A program made the position numbers and the translations under genes. Source: Octopus sinensis (lineage: Eukaryota). Taken from it: a stretch of DNA of 64,000 nt. Under the pieces are notes generated by a model that was given only the letters and a program-made list of their open reading frames with translations, was not told the origin of the DNA and searched no databases. The DNA is taken from positions 73,780,001 through 73,844,000 of the forward strand of contig NC_042998.1 of NCBI RefSeq assembly GCF_006345805.1, written 5' to 3'. Shown in pieces: positions 23,960-37,545 of this stretch (the stretch's first letter is position 1; the number at the start of each line of letters is the position of its first letter).

Positions 23960-26350
23960 AGCACGTCGTGCTCAGCTAGGTTTCTGAGCCAAATCAAAAT
24001 AGGAGGTGTCTTTCGAGATTTTATAGTTGGCATCTACTGTTTCGTAAGGGATTTTTATCAATTAGATCTTTCATTTTGAGGATTTGTCGAAGTATAGGTA
24101 GGTTTAATTTTATGGTGTAAAAGATGTTATCTACCCTAGACTTGTTCATATTAATAAATGGAATCGTATGTCCATTAACTTTTTCCAATGGTGTCCTTAG
24201 CTGTGTGATGCTCAGCTTCATTGCCTTTATAATTCCCTCGTTTATAAATCCTAAGGTGCATTTCTGCTTTGTTAGAAAGTCTTTGACCTCGTTGAGTTGG
24301 ATTTGACGTATTTTGGGGTCAATCACTACAGTACAGATACGTCTTGTCATACTGTATGGGATGTTCCTTTTGATGTGTGAGAGATGGCAAGAGTAGAAAT
24401 TCAATTATTGGTGCGTGTCCGGTGTTTTTGTAAAACATGTCTGTTGTGACTGTGGAGATATGTATTTTCATGTGAATGTCCAGGAATGGTAATTTATTGC
24501 AACTCGTTTCTGTCGTGAATTTGATGGATGGGTGAAGTGTGTTGAGTATTCTATTAGATATTTCTAGGTTCTCACTTGATTTGTCCCAAAAGATGAAGCA
24601 GTCATCGAGGAAGTGTTTCCACTTTTTAATGATGAATTTTTTGCAATCTTCTTTCTCATACAGATTCCCTTCCAAGTATCCCATGAATAGGTTAGCATAT
24701 GAGGGTGCCAGCTGCGTTCCCATACCGGTACCCTTTATCTATCGATATGTTTTATTATCGAATCTAAAGGTGTTTTCTTCAAGTACCAGGAGTGTTGGCT
24801 TGGTGATGAAGTCACTTCGCAGTGTTTGACTGCTTCCCGGCCTAAATTGTGAAGTATATTGATATAAAGATTTATGACGTTAAAGCTTGTAAGTATAGTA
24901 CCTTCTAGGATAATGAGTGGAATGTGCTGAAGGAAATCTAAACCATCCCGTATATACCTGGGTATTAATGGGCATAAATGTTTTAGAAGTATGTCCAAAA
25001 AATTACTCAGTTGCTGTATTGGTGCTTGAGGTCCAGCAACTATTGGTCTCAGTATGAGGTCAGTAGGTCTTGGTATTTTTATTATTGGTCCCTCTGCTCA
25101 TTTATGGCTCTCTATATTTCGGGGCTTTTGTTGATTTTGGGTAATCCATAGAAATTTCTCTCTTTGATTAGAAAGTTGCATAAATAATCTTACTCCTTGT
25201 CTGTGAAGGAATCTTGGTATTCATTAATTTGTGTTTTGATTTTATTCATTATTGCTTTTTCCTGGTGTCTTGGTTCTTCCTTGTAGTAGGCAGTAGGTTT
25301 GGTCTGTTAGAATTTCCAATATTTTATCTTTATAGTAGTCTTTGTCCATTATTACTATTGCCCCTCCCTTATCAACTTCCTTTAGGATGGTTGAATTTTC
25401 ATTCTTCGGTGTTAGTAAAGCTTTTCTTCTTCACGAAGGTTTTGTTTGTATTTACGGGTACTTAGGGGATATTTTGAAATTGTGTCTATATATGCGTCTA
25501 AATATTTGTCATCTCCCTTACAGGAGGTGAAATGGGATTTATTTCTGGTAATTGATTCGTCATTTATATCCTTATTGCCAAATAATTCTATAATCAGGAG
25601 GTGGCGGTTAAAATGCTCAGTATCAGCTTTTAGTTCAATGAGATTAGGGGTAAATTTGAAACCTTTCAATAGTAGATTCATCTCATTTTTGTTGAGGGTT
25701 TTATTGGACAAATTTATGATCTTCGGGTCTATATGTTCTGTGCGCTTAGTAAAATTTTCTGTTGCGTCGAGTCTGGTGCACGATTGTGGTATTTTCTCCT
25801 TGAAAAAGAATTTATATTATTGTGTTTTCATTTTTCGTTGTTTGCGGATTTTTCGTTGTTTGCGGATTTCTGTTTCCTTCGTAGGTGAGGGGATGGTTCA
25901 TGTTCTTTGTACGTATTTCGTTGTTCATAGGTTCTGTCTTCTTCCCATTTTCTATGCTTATTTGGCCATTCAGGGTGTATGGGATTGTTGGTCGTAAACC
26001 GTGGCTTTCTTGAGTTTCCATAATGATTATTCATATTATGGTTTCTGTGTTGTCCATTTCTTTCCATGTATTCCTCCATCTAGAGTACCTGGCGGCTTTA
26101 TAGATTAGTGGTTATCCATCTAGGGTGTTTGATATAGTTGATGGTTATTTTTTATATTCCATGTGTTTGTTTATTGCAGTGTGTTTGTTTATGCTTTGAT
26201 ATTGCAAAATATGGGTTCCTAGTCTGTACTAGAGGTGAGCTGGATGTCATTTCTGTATATGTTCTTGGATAACTAGAGGTTCGATACCTTAGTCTGGCTC
26301 CTCTAGGGTCGGTCCGTATTTTACTTATCTTTCTTTCCATGTATTCATCC
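23960..26350 (-). mobile_element. Penelope-like retroelement, frameshifted ORF (N-terminal region, RT, thumb), GIY-YIG missing or decayed
   Basis: LLKGFKFTP N-terminal motif, MGTQLAPSYANLFMG, FLDDCFIFW, IKFTTETSCNKLPFLDI and HIKRNIPYSMTRRICT are typical PLE RT segments. Confidence 0.9.
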
Positions 26351-26467
26351 ATCTAGGCTACTTGATGGCATTATGGGTTGGTGGTTGTCTGTATGTTACT
26401 TGCCTTTCCTGTCTTTTTCTCCATGTATTCAATATGTGTGTGTGTGTGGTGTGTGTGTGTGCATCAG

Positions 26468-26500
<33 letters not shown>

Positions 26501-26692
26501 ATATATATTATTGTTTTATATTATATATTATATTATATTATATTTAATAGCCAGAGAGAGAAAAGGAAGAGAGAGAGATGGATGCATCGATACATCGATG
26601 TATGGATGGATAGGATGGATTGGTGGAAAAATGGATCGATTGATAGATGCATATATGCATCATACTAAATATATATATATACACAGAGATAT

Positions 26693-26729
<37 letters not shown>

Positions 26730-26886
26730 CGCATCTACATGTGTGTGCGCACGCATGCGTATTTACAGGACTTTCTTGCTATGCCATCACAAGACATACT
26801 TTTATATTCTAGAAGATCCTGCATTAGTGTATGTCTGCGTGTCTGTGCGTGTTATGTGCGTGTGTGCGTGCAAGCGTCCGTGTGCG

Positions 26887-26936
<50 letters not shown>

Positions 26937-27199
26937 AACGCAGAAGTCTCTAGTGTGTAAAAATATGTCTTTCGGTGACATAATCAGAAGAATGACAAAA
27001 ATCGGTGACCTTTTCTTCTGACTCAGAAACTGCAGGCAAAAAGGGTGAAATTTTCTTCCCTTCAGAGACCAGATTTGAATATTTACAACAGAGAAAATTC
27101 TGCTAGAGACATCTAATTTGATATCCACAATGGCATAAAAAGTTTTGATAAAGTGAATATGAAATCTAAGGCGGCTGATTTGAGAGGCGACATTTCTAT

Positions 27200-28460
27200 T
27201 TGTTATTACTTCGAGCCAGTTATTTCAATATTTTGCGAAATTTCAAACCAAAAGTACCTCTGGTTAATTTATTGAGGAAATCAACCTTCTATCTCTCAAT
27301 GATCTCAGAGTTTACTGTAAATACAAGAACTGGGAAGGGTGGAGGAGAATTCTTTGATGCGATTTGCCGGAAGTTTCACTGGAGATATGATAGTGACAAA
27401 ATTACCTTAGCTGGAATAAAGAGATGAAAATGGTATAATTTGAGGAAATAATTCAAGCAGAAAACAAGACAATTATATCGCTGAAGGACAATGAGTGATA
27501 TAAATATTTAGATGTTCATCAATATGATAAGGAAGCAGAAAGAAAAGAAAGTTTAATTTGCAGAAAACTACAAGAGAACTGTTAGGAAGATCATAGAAAC
27601 AGAACTAAATGAAAAGAATTTCATTGAAAGAATCAAAACCTAAACAATGCTAATATTGATCTATTCTGCAGTTTTACTTTAGTAGGCGAAAAATGAACTG
27701 GACGAAATAAATAGCTACAGCAGAAAGCTATTAACAATCCACAATGGACTGCATCTATGAAACAATGTTGTTAGGATGGACAGAGTGTAATCAATGTAAC
27801 AGACACAGAAGACGTAGAAATTACAGGAAATATATTGGAATATGAAGAGAAGTTTATAGGCTCAGCTAGAAAGATATATAATGGAAACTTAGATGTAGAA
27901 AAACGTCAGAAGCGAAGGTAGAAGAGAGGGTGGAAAATTGTATTAACAAAGTACTGCATGGACAGTTTGTCTGGTTAAGAGATCTAGAAATGGAATAAGT
28001 GGAATTGGCTGAAAGTTGGAGAACTGGGGATGGAAATAGAAATCTTTATCATAGCTAAGCAAGAAATGGAGATTGAAACAAATCTCGTTAAAACAAAAGA
28101 ATCGGCAGAGAGCAGCAAGATAGTATACGTTGAATGTGTGATAAAGTAGACAAACCTGTCAACCATAGTGTGTGAATTTAGCGAAATGGCAGGAATTTAT
28201 TATTAAAGAACACACGACAGTTTATAGAGAAGATATAAGAAATAAGTAAAAAAAAAAAAACTAACAAGTTTGCAACAATGGGATTCAAAACTATTTGAAA
28301 AAAAGAGTATTGCAATCACGATGCAAAAGATATTATAGGAAATGATTATTATACAATTCTGCAAGAATTATTTTTGTATACTGACAGTCAGGCACAAAGA
28401 GTAAATATAATTATTGCAAAGCAAAGTATGTACAGTCACAAAACTGGATCATGTACCACA
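27200..28460 (+). mobile_element. Highly degenerate R4/Dong-like LINE (post-RT region to REL)
   Basis: Fragmentary peptides (YKYL, RKIIETELNEKN, KVLHGQF, Cys-His knuckle remnants) resemble R4/Dong ORF C-terminal halves. Many stops. Confidence 0.45.
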
Positions 28461-28791
28461 TAAGTTGATGCATCTTATATTCTAGATATTGTTATAACAT
28501 TAGATAATAGTGTGGAAGTATGTTATAGCATAGATATTTCTATAACATACGGAACAGTAAAAGAAAGTTATATCATAGATATTACTATATACCATATATA
28601 ATGGCAATATGGAAGCATGTTATAGCAAAGATATTGGCAAACTGTATCTAGAACTGCTGTTTTGCAGGCATTCCTCCATTTTTACGACGTGTCGGATTTT
28701 CAGTTTGTTGTAACTTAGGATATGGTGTTGATGTTGAGTCTGTTGCTGTTTTCGATGCCGTTATTCATTTTTTCTCGTTGTTTTTGTTGTT

Positions 28792-28838
<47 letters not shown>

Positions 28839-29073
28839 TGCTTCTGCTGGGAACGACTGTGTCGGTTTGGTTGATTCTATTGCTTTTAGGTTTTTGTCTC
28901 ATCAACACTTGAGTCGCATTCCTAAGTATATATTAAGTTATTGTGTGAAAGTATATGTTAAATACATTTGTTACAGCACTTCCCTATATATACAATGTTT
29001 CTAGTGTAGGTGATTCCCCTTCTGCGACCATGAGTCGATTCGTTTTGAGGTATCACTTTAACCCTCACACTGT

Positions 29074-29650
29074 TCATCGTCTTTGCTCTTGAAAAAGCTG
29101 GCCATGAATGAAGCATGGTTGTGGCAAGTGTATGCCAACTCTATTGAATGTTTGCCCCTGTGCTTTATTGATTGTCATAGAATAGGAAAGACGAATAGGG
29201 AAATGGATCCGATGCATAACGAATGGAATGTTTGCATCGCATGGAATAAGTTTGATTCTTGGAATCAGTACTCTTGTGTAATAATGAGATCCACTTATAA
29301 TTGATGCTTTGATGCTATGCTTGTGGAGCTGAAGTACTTCCCAGTGAGTTCTGTTGCATAGACCTTGTGTCATAGTGAGGTTTCTAAGAAGCATAATAAT
29401 TGCTCCAACTTTTAAGTTAAGGCGATGAGGAGGTATTCCAGAAGATATAAGAGAGTTTATAAACTCCATGGGATAATTCTGGACTTCTTCATTATCAGAA
29501 ATTACAGAGTCGGTGCTTAGATATGTCTTAATTTCAGTGGACAATCTACTTAAAATTTCTTCATTTACTGCTAAGCAGTCTGAATTTTTAGGGGATAAGA
29601 TCACTCTATTTTTCATTTCTTCTGCTGTAAAATTGTCAAATATATCAGAT
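29074..29650 (-). mobile_element. Helitron PIF1-family helicase C-terminal fragment
   Basis: ILSPKN, PPHRLNLKVGAIIMLLRNL...GLCN and FPIRLSYSMTINKAQGQTF...HGQL are PIF1/Helitron helicase motifs. No N-terminal domains. Confidence 0.9.
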
Positions 29651-29859
29651 ACCAAAGAGATAACACAATACAGTACCGGGAAGAGTTTGCACACTTCCAA
29701 CAGCAAAAAAGAACACGTAATGCTGCTCACACTCCAGCAACACGGAGATGTAGCAGAAGACGCAGTAGAAATTTGCCTCAGTCTTCCAAATATTAAACAG
29801 TTATATAACAACAACAGCAACAACAACAATGGCAATGGTTTTATTTTTATTTAAGCACA

Positions 29860-30125
29860 AGGGTAGCAATTTTGGAGGGTGGCTGTTAGTTGATTACATC
29901 GATCTCAGCACTTGATTGAGGTATAAGGGTAGCATTTTTGAGAGGAGGGGTTTAATCGATATCATTGTCCTCAGTTCTTGACAGGTACTTCACTTTGTCG
30001 ACCCCGTAAGTAAGAAAGACAAAGTTGGCCCCATCGAAATTTGAATTCAGAACGTAAAGAGCTGAAACGAATGCCGCAAAGTATTTTGTCCTATACACAA
30101 GAATTCTGCCAACCCACCACCCAAC
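29860..30125 (-). mobile_element. SINE family A, degenerate
   Basis: Reverse complement of the family A head and body. Confidence 0.6.
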
Positions 30126-31284
30126 TGTTACTATCATTTGAGGTAGGGAAGAGTGAATACATTAAAGCATTACTAGAGCCAGACCTCAGTTAAAATTCTT
30201 CCTACTATAGAAATGTCTACCATATCTTTAAACTCGCTTTCTGACTTCGTCAAGCTCAGCCAAATCACCTGAAAACGCCTGATGAGAAAACCGATCGAAA
30301 TCTATGTTAGCAACGTACTACATGATGACTGAAAAACGATCTGCTAAACCATGTTTAAATCTGAAAGCTAATGAAATTTCGACGTCTCAGTCACTTCGCG
30401 CCAGTCGAGGGCAGAAGTAGAAAAGAGTTACATAAAAACATATGTATTCTATAAGGACGAAAATGTTAAAAATAAAAATAAAAGATATGTTAGTATGAGC
30501 TGATATCAGGATGGTTTGAGATAGTTGTAGGTTTATATCAACGAATAATATCAGATATTTTACATTTATAAATTATCGTATAGATTGTTCCACAACGATA
30601 TTACTAGTGGTTAAATTCTTCAGCACTCAAATAATTGTGATTATACAATAAAATGTTGTAGAACTCAGCTTCGATTCAGACATTACAATATTTTTCATGA
30701 AAGCTTAAATCGCTTCCAAATTGTTACTTTTGCTGCAATTAATTGGGGGTTTTATATATTTAGTTAATGGAGCTTCTTTTTTTCTTAAGTAGTTTTTTTT
30801 TCTTCATCCGTTCAAGAAATACACTGCTTCATACTATTTTCCCAGCCTCTTACATTAACAAAACATTCAGATATTATATTCTCTTTACACAAAACTTACT
30901 ACGTCAGTGAAAACCACAATGATTTCGTTCGTTTATTTTCCCCGCTCCTTTCTTCGTCTGTAAGAAACCTGAAGGGATTTTCTCCACTTTTCGCCACATG
31001 TCGCCAATTCTAAGATATCTCATCCGACCTTTTATTAGGACCAATTAAATGGCGACATTAATGTAATTTCTTGGTGGAAAACAATTTTTGCCTTGTTGTT
31101 TCTCTGGAATAAAACAAAAAAAAAATTGGAAAAGAGATTATATGAAAGACTGATGCCTAAACTTCTTAGCAGTTACCACCGAGGTGAGAATGTATAAAAG
31201 AAACGCTTCGGCACAATCAAGACGCCAGTAAATTGTGAGGTATTCAGAGTATGAATAATGGCGGATCCATTCAGATACGCGCAC

Positions 31285-31365
<81 letters not shown>

Positions 31366-31743
31366 CTCATAAGCAGACGCACGAATACTTTTACACAAAT
31401 CAAATACATGTGTAGATAGGCATTTATACAACATATTTAACATATTCATAAATACTCGACGACAATAAAATACTCATAGAAACACAAATACTGAAATAAA
31501 AGATATTTATTCATTCCTCACACAGGTGTACGCACACGCACTCACACAGGCATACGCACGCACACACGTACACACACACACATTCACTCTTTTTCTTTCT
31601 CTTTCTCTCTCACGCTTTCGCTCTCTCTTTCTCTTTCACACACATTAAAAAAAGGCACACATACAAATACACATGGGAGTAATATTATATCAAAATAGAA
31701 ATATTTATTAGTGTGTACACCAATGCATGTATTGTAGTAATGT

Positions 31744-31814
<71 letters not shown>

Positions 31815-32002
31815 AGTGTAATAGTGTTTCTGGAGATAAAAGTACGTAATAGTGTGTGCGCGCGCGCAATGTCATAATGTTTCTAAAGATAAAAGTTTGT
31901 AATAGTATGTGTGAGTGTGTGTGTGTACAATTATATATAAAAATGTAAATTAGTATGTGCATGTATACGTATACCAATGTATAGTAATGTACGTGCAAGT
32001 AA

Positions 32003-32313
32003 GATGGCGAGCTGACAGAAACGTTGGTCGAATTCTGCCGAGGTCGACTTAATCTTTCAACCTTTCGAGGTTGATTAAGTAAGTACCAGTTACGCACTGG
32101 GGTCGATGTAATCGACTTAATCCCTTTGTTTGTCCCCTCTACGTTTAGCTCCTTGTGAGCAATAAAGAAATAAGAAACGTTGGCACACCGGTCGAAATGC
32201 TTAGCGGTACTTCGTCTGTCTTTACGTTTTTGCCTTTTATCCATTCGGGGTCGATAAATTACGTACCAGTTGCGTACTGGAGTCGATCTAATCGACTAGC
32301 CCTCTCCCCAAAA
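32003..32313 (+). mobile_element. SINE family A, two rearranged or adjacent pieces
   Basis: ggcgagctgacagaaacg..., gaggtcgact and taccagttacgcactggggtcgat motifs. Confidence 0.8.
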
Positions 32314-32412
32314 AAGTAGAAAGGAATATATGTGCATGTGTATAAGTGCATTATATTCATATGTATGTTATAGTATAGTGATACGTGTGTCTGAACCGAT
32401 ATATATATATAT

Positions 32413-32980
32413 ACGAGCAAAACGCCCCCCGTCCAATGGACGGTGCTGAGTTGTCAAACATTTAAACCAAATTTTCTCAAAACAACTGGTCCGACCGTCC
32501 CATAGGCATCTCCTTTGAGAAACATTGATTTGACCTAAATTTGAGACACCAGCAAAAGAAGAAATAAAGATAGACTTTTTTTCTATTCCAAAGAAAAACG
32601 ATTTTATTCACACAAATATGCAACCGAAGAGTTTAATGTGCCTGTAATGATAAGGCTGTTCACTGGGGGAACACAAACATGGTTTAAACAGTAAGCTTGG
32701 CGGGAATGAAACGTGCCTTTAAGCAATACAAAAACAACAAAAAAATGGAAGGTGCAGTTATGTATAGGTTGACGGAAGAAAAGCAGGACATAAACTGCTT
32801 TATCGATCTCATTCTCACCTGGAATCGATTTTTGTAATTTTTTACAAGACTTATACCCGTCCTGATACCTACATATCTACATATCAAATTTGAGCGCAAT
32901 CGGATGGAGGATGCCCGAGATTCGAGAAGACACACACTCAGACAGACAGACAGACAGAACGGATTTTATATAAGAGATGA
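32413..32980. mobile_element. Possible non-autonomous Helitron/Helentron-like element
   Basis: Contains aaatttgagcgcaatcgg followed by (GACA)n and ends tttatataagaga, like the terminus of the element at 36931-37287. Boundaries are uncertain. Confidence 0.35.
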
Positions 32981-34910
32981 GCACTGAGTGAGTGTATTTG
33001 AATATCAAAGTGTGTGGCAACAAATTCGTTCCTCCATTACGTGTATTTATGCGTGTATGTGAGCCAGTGTGTGTGTGTATGTGTGTGTGAGTATGCGTGT
33101 ATGTGTATGTGTGTGTGTGTGTGTGTGTTTATCTATGAATTGTACTTAAATGTATGTTTGTTAACTCTTATTCGGATGACCGTAGACTCACATGGATACA
33201 ACATGGGTCTCTTTGCTCGGAAAAAGTCTGAAAAAGTCTGAAATCAAAGCTGCAGTTGATGTAGCTATCATTAATCTTGGAATGCTTGTTATTGGATTCC
33301 AGTTACTGATATTTAGAAAGTGGAGTACGTATTGTACAAGCGTATGTCATTTTAATCCTATGATTTACAGATGTCTCATTCTTTCTTGTTCATCTGGTCT
33401 CTCTATTAAAGTCTTATGACGATGGAGGCGTGGCGACGTGTACAGACTAAACCAGTTGGAGGCCCAAAATCTCAAATCCACATACTAAGTGGGAAGAAAC
33501 TTATCTTAACGGTGTTGTCATACTACGTGGACAGAAATTGCTTCCGGGGAGTTTCCTGGATTGGAGTCATCTCGGAGCACACAAACGAATTAGAGATTAT
33601 TGAGATGATGTAGATTGATTGACACAACTACTAATCGTCAAGATGAAGCAATCACTATTGATATTTGTATGTATATATTTATGCCTGTAAGTGTACAAAT
33701 ATTTATGTAGGCGCATCTGAAGAAGAGTGTATATGTGTATATGTGTGAGCGCATTTAAATGCTTTTGCGAGTATGTTTGTGTATATCTACACATATTTAT
33801 ACGACTATGTATATTTTTGTATGCACCCAACGCCATCATCCTCTGTGCTGGTGAAAATCTCTTCTGCCAGTTCTTTCCTAATCCTCACTGGACCTCGCTG
33901 CCTCTAACAATCTTTCGTGACTCCCCAGATAATCTTCCGATGTAATTTTACATCGCAATAGTTTTCTGTTCTTACGTATTCTGACCATATTCCCACCATT
34001 TACATGTCTGTGACAACTAGCCTATCATATCCCGCCACTTTTTAACATCCGGCTTTGTGATAAAATATTCGGCTAATGATCATAAGGTCACGGGTTCAAT
34101 CCCTGGGCCTGGTGGAATGTTGTTTCAAGATACATAATTTCAGGTTGCTCCATTCTACCTAGCTGTAAATGTGTACCTGCTGGGTACTGATACCTTTTTC
34201 ACCCCGGCTATCACGTCCATGATGTACCTCTGAGGGCGAGGGTTGCTTACTTCTATACGGGTACCTTAAACAATTGGCGAAAGCAAAGTAAAGATAGGCT
34301 TCCCGGTTGCCTGTACTATACTATTTCTAGCTGTCAGCATTAATAATCAAGTTCAAAGCGGATAACTGCTGAGATGTCCAGCCCCTGTAGACTTCGACTA
34401 GAATAATTATATTGTTACAATGTCTATATTTGTTTCTTTGTTATTGTTTCTTTATTTAAAATAGTGAAATAAAAATTAACTCAGTTTAATGAAGAGCTAA
34501 TTAACTATTTATCAAAGTAAATAAAATTATAATTAGATAAACTCTCATCTAAACTATAAATTAGCAATTTATATTCTTACTCATGGGAATGTATAATTAT
34601 TGTTATGTTGCTGAAATTTCCATACAACGCTCCTTGTCTACAATTTATAAATTATCTCGCTTCAAATGAACGTACTTTTAACACAGTGAACATACATATA
34701 ATAATATGTTACATTAATAGTAATTAACTAGATATCTTTCACAACTTTCCATATAACACACAGCGCTGTACATACCGATATTTATCTCTGATGTTAAATA
34801 AGCAAGAATATAAATTCATACTAGAGAGAATACAGATCTATCACAGGATCATATTAAACTCAACGCTGTAAACCCATGGAGTAGATGTCGATATTAAACT
34901 GTAACTGTAA

Positions 34911-35135
34911 GCAGCGAGATAGCAGAATCGTTAGCACGCCGGTCGAAATGCTTAGCGGCATTTAGTCCGTCAATATGTTCTATGTTGAAATTCCGCCGAG
35001 GTCGACTTCTCCTTTATTCCTATCAGGGTCGATGAAATAAGTACCAGTCAAATACTGGGGTCGATGCAATCGACTAAGCCTCGCTCACCCGAACTTGCTG
35101 GCCTTGTGCCGAAGTTTGAAATCAATATTAAGCTA
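34911..35135 (+). mobile_element. SINE family A
   Basis: gcagaatcgttagcacgccgg...gaggtcgac...aagtaccagt...ggggtcgat. Confidence 0.85.
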
Positions 35136-35319
35136 TACATGAAAGCGGTGGATAAAGTGCTGTACAACACTAAACCCATGTTTCAGCGCAATGAGCTATA
35201 ACACTAATGGCACAACAGAGGTTGAGACGACCAGGAACAAACTGCACTTTCAGTTTTTTTAAGGAGGTTCTGAGAAATAAGTGTCCTTCATTCGCAGAGG
35301 TTCACACGCAAGGTAACCC

Positions 35320-35360
<41 letters not shown>

Positions 35361-35471
35361 CATATAGAAATATAATTAAGGGCTCCTAAATAAGGATGCC
35401 AAGTGCTAGGGACACAAAAAAGGGATAAATTCATCGAGAGTGAAAATCAAAAACATTTACCATTAACGATT

Positions 35472-35553
35472 CATCCCGGACTGATCAGTTTCTACCTCTT
35501 TCTAGCAAAACAGACAGAATATGTTTGCTAAGGCTGGTTTCATCAGCGAGACG
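35472..35553 (-). ncRNA. Type I hammerhead ribozyme motif (GUC site)
   Basis: Reverse-complement copy of 35933-36014. Confidence 0.7.
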
Positions 35554-35932
35554 CCTTTGTTAAATCGAGAAGCACAGAGCGTTAGACCATGTGTTGATCT
35601 AAACAACTTGTAAATCTTAACTTTTCAAACCTCTGCGCAGACGCAAAATCCACCCGGTGATATAGGGCATGCCGCAAACAAATTCTACGAACAAATCTAT
35701 CAAGTAATATGTGAATATAATCAAAAAAGGATAATAACATGGATTACTACCAGTGGCCCAGCACAAAAGACGAATTAGTCATTAGACAAAATATTACTCA
35801 TACAGAAAAATATTATTCATATAGTAATATAATTAAGGGCTGCGTCTGCGCAGAGGTTTGAAAAGTTAAGATTTACAAGTTGTTTAGATCAACACATGGT
35901 TTAACGCTCTGTGCTTCTCGATTTAACAAAGG

Positions 35933-36014
35933 CGTCTCGCTGATGAAACCAGCCTTAGCAAACATATTCTGTCTGTTTTGCTAGAAAGAGGTAGAAACTG
36001 ATCAGTCCGGGATG
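35933..36014 (+). ncRNA. Type I hammerhead ribozyme motif (GUC site after 36007)
   Basis: cgtctcg-CTGATGA-aacc...ggta-GAAA-ctgatcag-TC-cgggatg. Stem I is 7 bp including 2 G-U pairs, and stem III ACTGATCAGT is palindromic. Confidence 0.75.
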
Positions 36015-36819
36015 TATCGTTAATGGTAAATGTTTTTGATTTTCACTCTCGATGAATTTATCCCTTTTTTGTGTCCCTAGCACTTGGCATCCTTATTTAG
36101 GAGCCCTTAATTATATTATATTTCTATATATAAGGCAACTCTAACATAAAACCAGGTGATGGTAATGACAGTTCCCTAACTGGCTGCACTGTCAAAGCCA
36201 TGACTTTTTATGGGAGAAGACGAAGCCGTGATTAGGACAACCACTACAGGAGAATAAAACTCTGAATTCAAATTGACTTACCTCTGCTGGCTTGCAGTAT
36301 CCTTTTGAGGAAAAGCCTAAGTGAAGGTACTGCGATATAAAACCTGCAGTCAACTTAGTACTAGTCATCTTGCTTTGCTTGTCACTGTAATCTACTATTT
36401 TGACCCAGAGAGTGGCAAAAGTTTTGTACAAGCGTTTGTCACTGAGTTTGTCACCATCATCGTACAATCATCTCTTTTCAAAAGTCCCATAGATAGAGGC
36501 ATGGTGACGTATTCAGACTTGACCGGTTGAAAGCATACAGTTGCAAATCTGTATACAAGGCGGCAGTGTTCCTATCTTAACATCGCTAACATGTTTTCAT
36601 GGACAAGAACTGTTTTCGGTGGAGAATCCTGTATCTAAGCAGCCCTTTTAAGGATAACACTGCTCACCTGGATATACTAGGAAGGTGCTAGAAAAGGTGC
36701 ACTAAAAATTGTCTTTCCTCTCTCTGCTGGTTAGTTTACTGCGGCTAACGGTGATTCAATTTAGCAGGAATGAACAAAGAATTGATATAAACAATGATAA
36801 CAAGTATGCAAGGGATACG

Positions 36820-37545
36820 GTTTCTCTCAAACCTGGACTGTTGGAATGTGGGAACTCTTTTAGATCAATCAGATTGACTTGAAAGAAGAACAGCTCTTGT
36901 AACTAAGGAACTAAGGCGTCTTAATATTGACTAGCACTATGACCCGGCAACGCCGGGTCATATTGCTAGTGCATGCATATACAGCTGCGTGCATGCGCAC
37001 ATACACGCGAGTACTGTCCAAATCTCCAACCAATCACATACAGCTAGCTGGCATTCAATTGGCGTATCAAGTTTCGGGCATTTTGATTGGGGTTTGGATA
37101 GAAAATTCACGAAAAAATCACTTCTATTGATTTTTAATGGCTTTGCGGGATGACTGGGGAAATGTAAAGGTATGCACGACCACCTTTGGGCGGTTTTAAA
37201 TGACCATAGAAAGTGTGAGCCCTCTAACTGAAAAATTGTGGATTTGTATAAAGAACACAGACATTTTGCCGTTTATATATAGAGAGATATTGCAGCTCTT
37301 TCTGAAATAAGATGTTCAGATGAGGATCATCTTGTCGAAAGAGCGGCAGGTTTCACATTATTCTGGATTGAGAAGCCGAAGGGAGAGAAAAGAGGCTGTG
37401 TTGGGTTTGCAATTAAAAGTGATTTGCTAAAAGACCTAGAACAACGACAAAGCATAAATACACGCATAATGAAACTCCGGATCCTTTTGGATGTTTTGTA
37501 ACTGTTTTCTCTCTTTATGCTCCTACACACACTCACGTTTCTCAC
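36820..37545 (+). mobile_element. RTE-clade LINE 5' APE region, split by a Helitron insertion
   Basis: WNVGTLLDQ...ERRTALVTKELRRLNID|IAALSEIR...VGFAIKS...SLYAPT, the RTE/BovB-type endonuclease N-terminus. Confidence 0.8.
36931..37287 (-). mobile_element. Non-autonomous Helitron (357 bp)
   Basis: Minus strand starts TC and ends with the hairpin acccggc-gtt-gccgggt followed by CTAG. Inserted between A and T with no TSD. Confidence 0.85.

Larger units (their letters stand above)
35363..36129. repeat. Inverted repeat (arms 35363-35645, 35841-36129) with ~195-bp spacer
   Basis: Near-perfect reverse-complement arms. tataattaagggc occurs at 35371 and 35828, defining a ~457-bp terminally redundant unit. 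Confidence 0.95.

Noticed and set aside
28990-29030. CTAG downstream of the Helitron helicase fragment as its 3' terminus
   Set aside because: No convincing subterminal hairpin.
30270-30315. CTGATGA-ga...tc-GAAA motif
   Set aside because: Only 2-bp stems I and II, and stem III is mismatched. Too degenerate to call.
33416-33613. Peptide NGVVILRGQKLLP...HLGAHK, vaguely like a Gypsy integrase zinc-binding region
   Set aside because: Similarity is too short and weak to call by eye.
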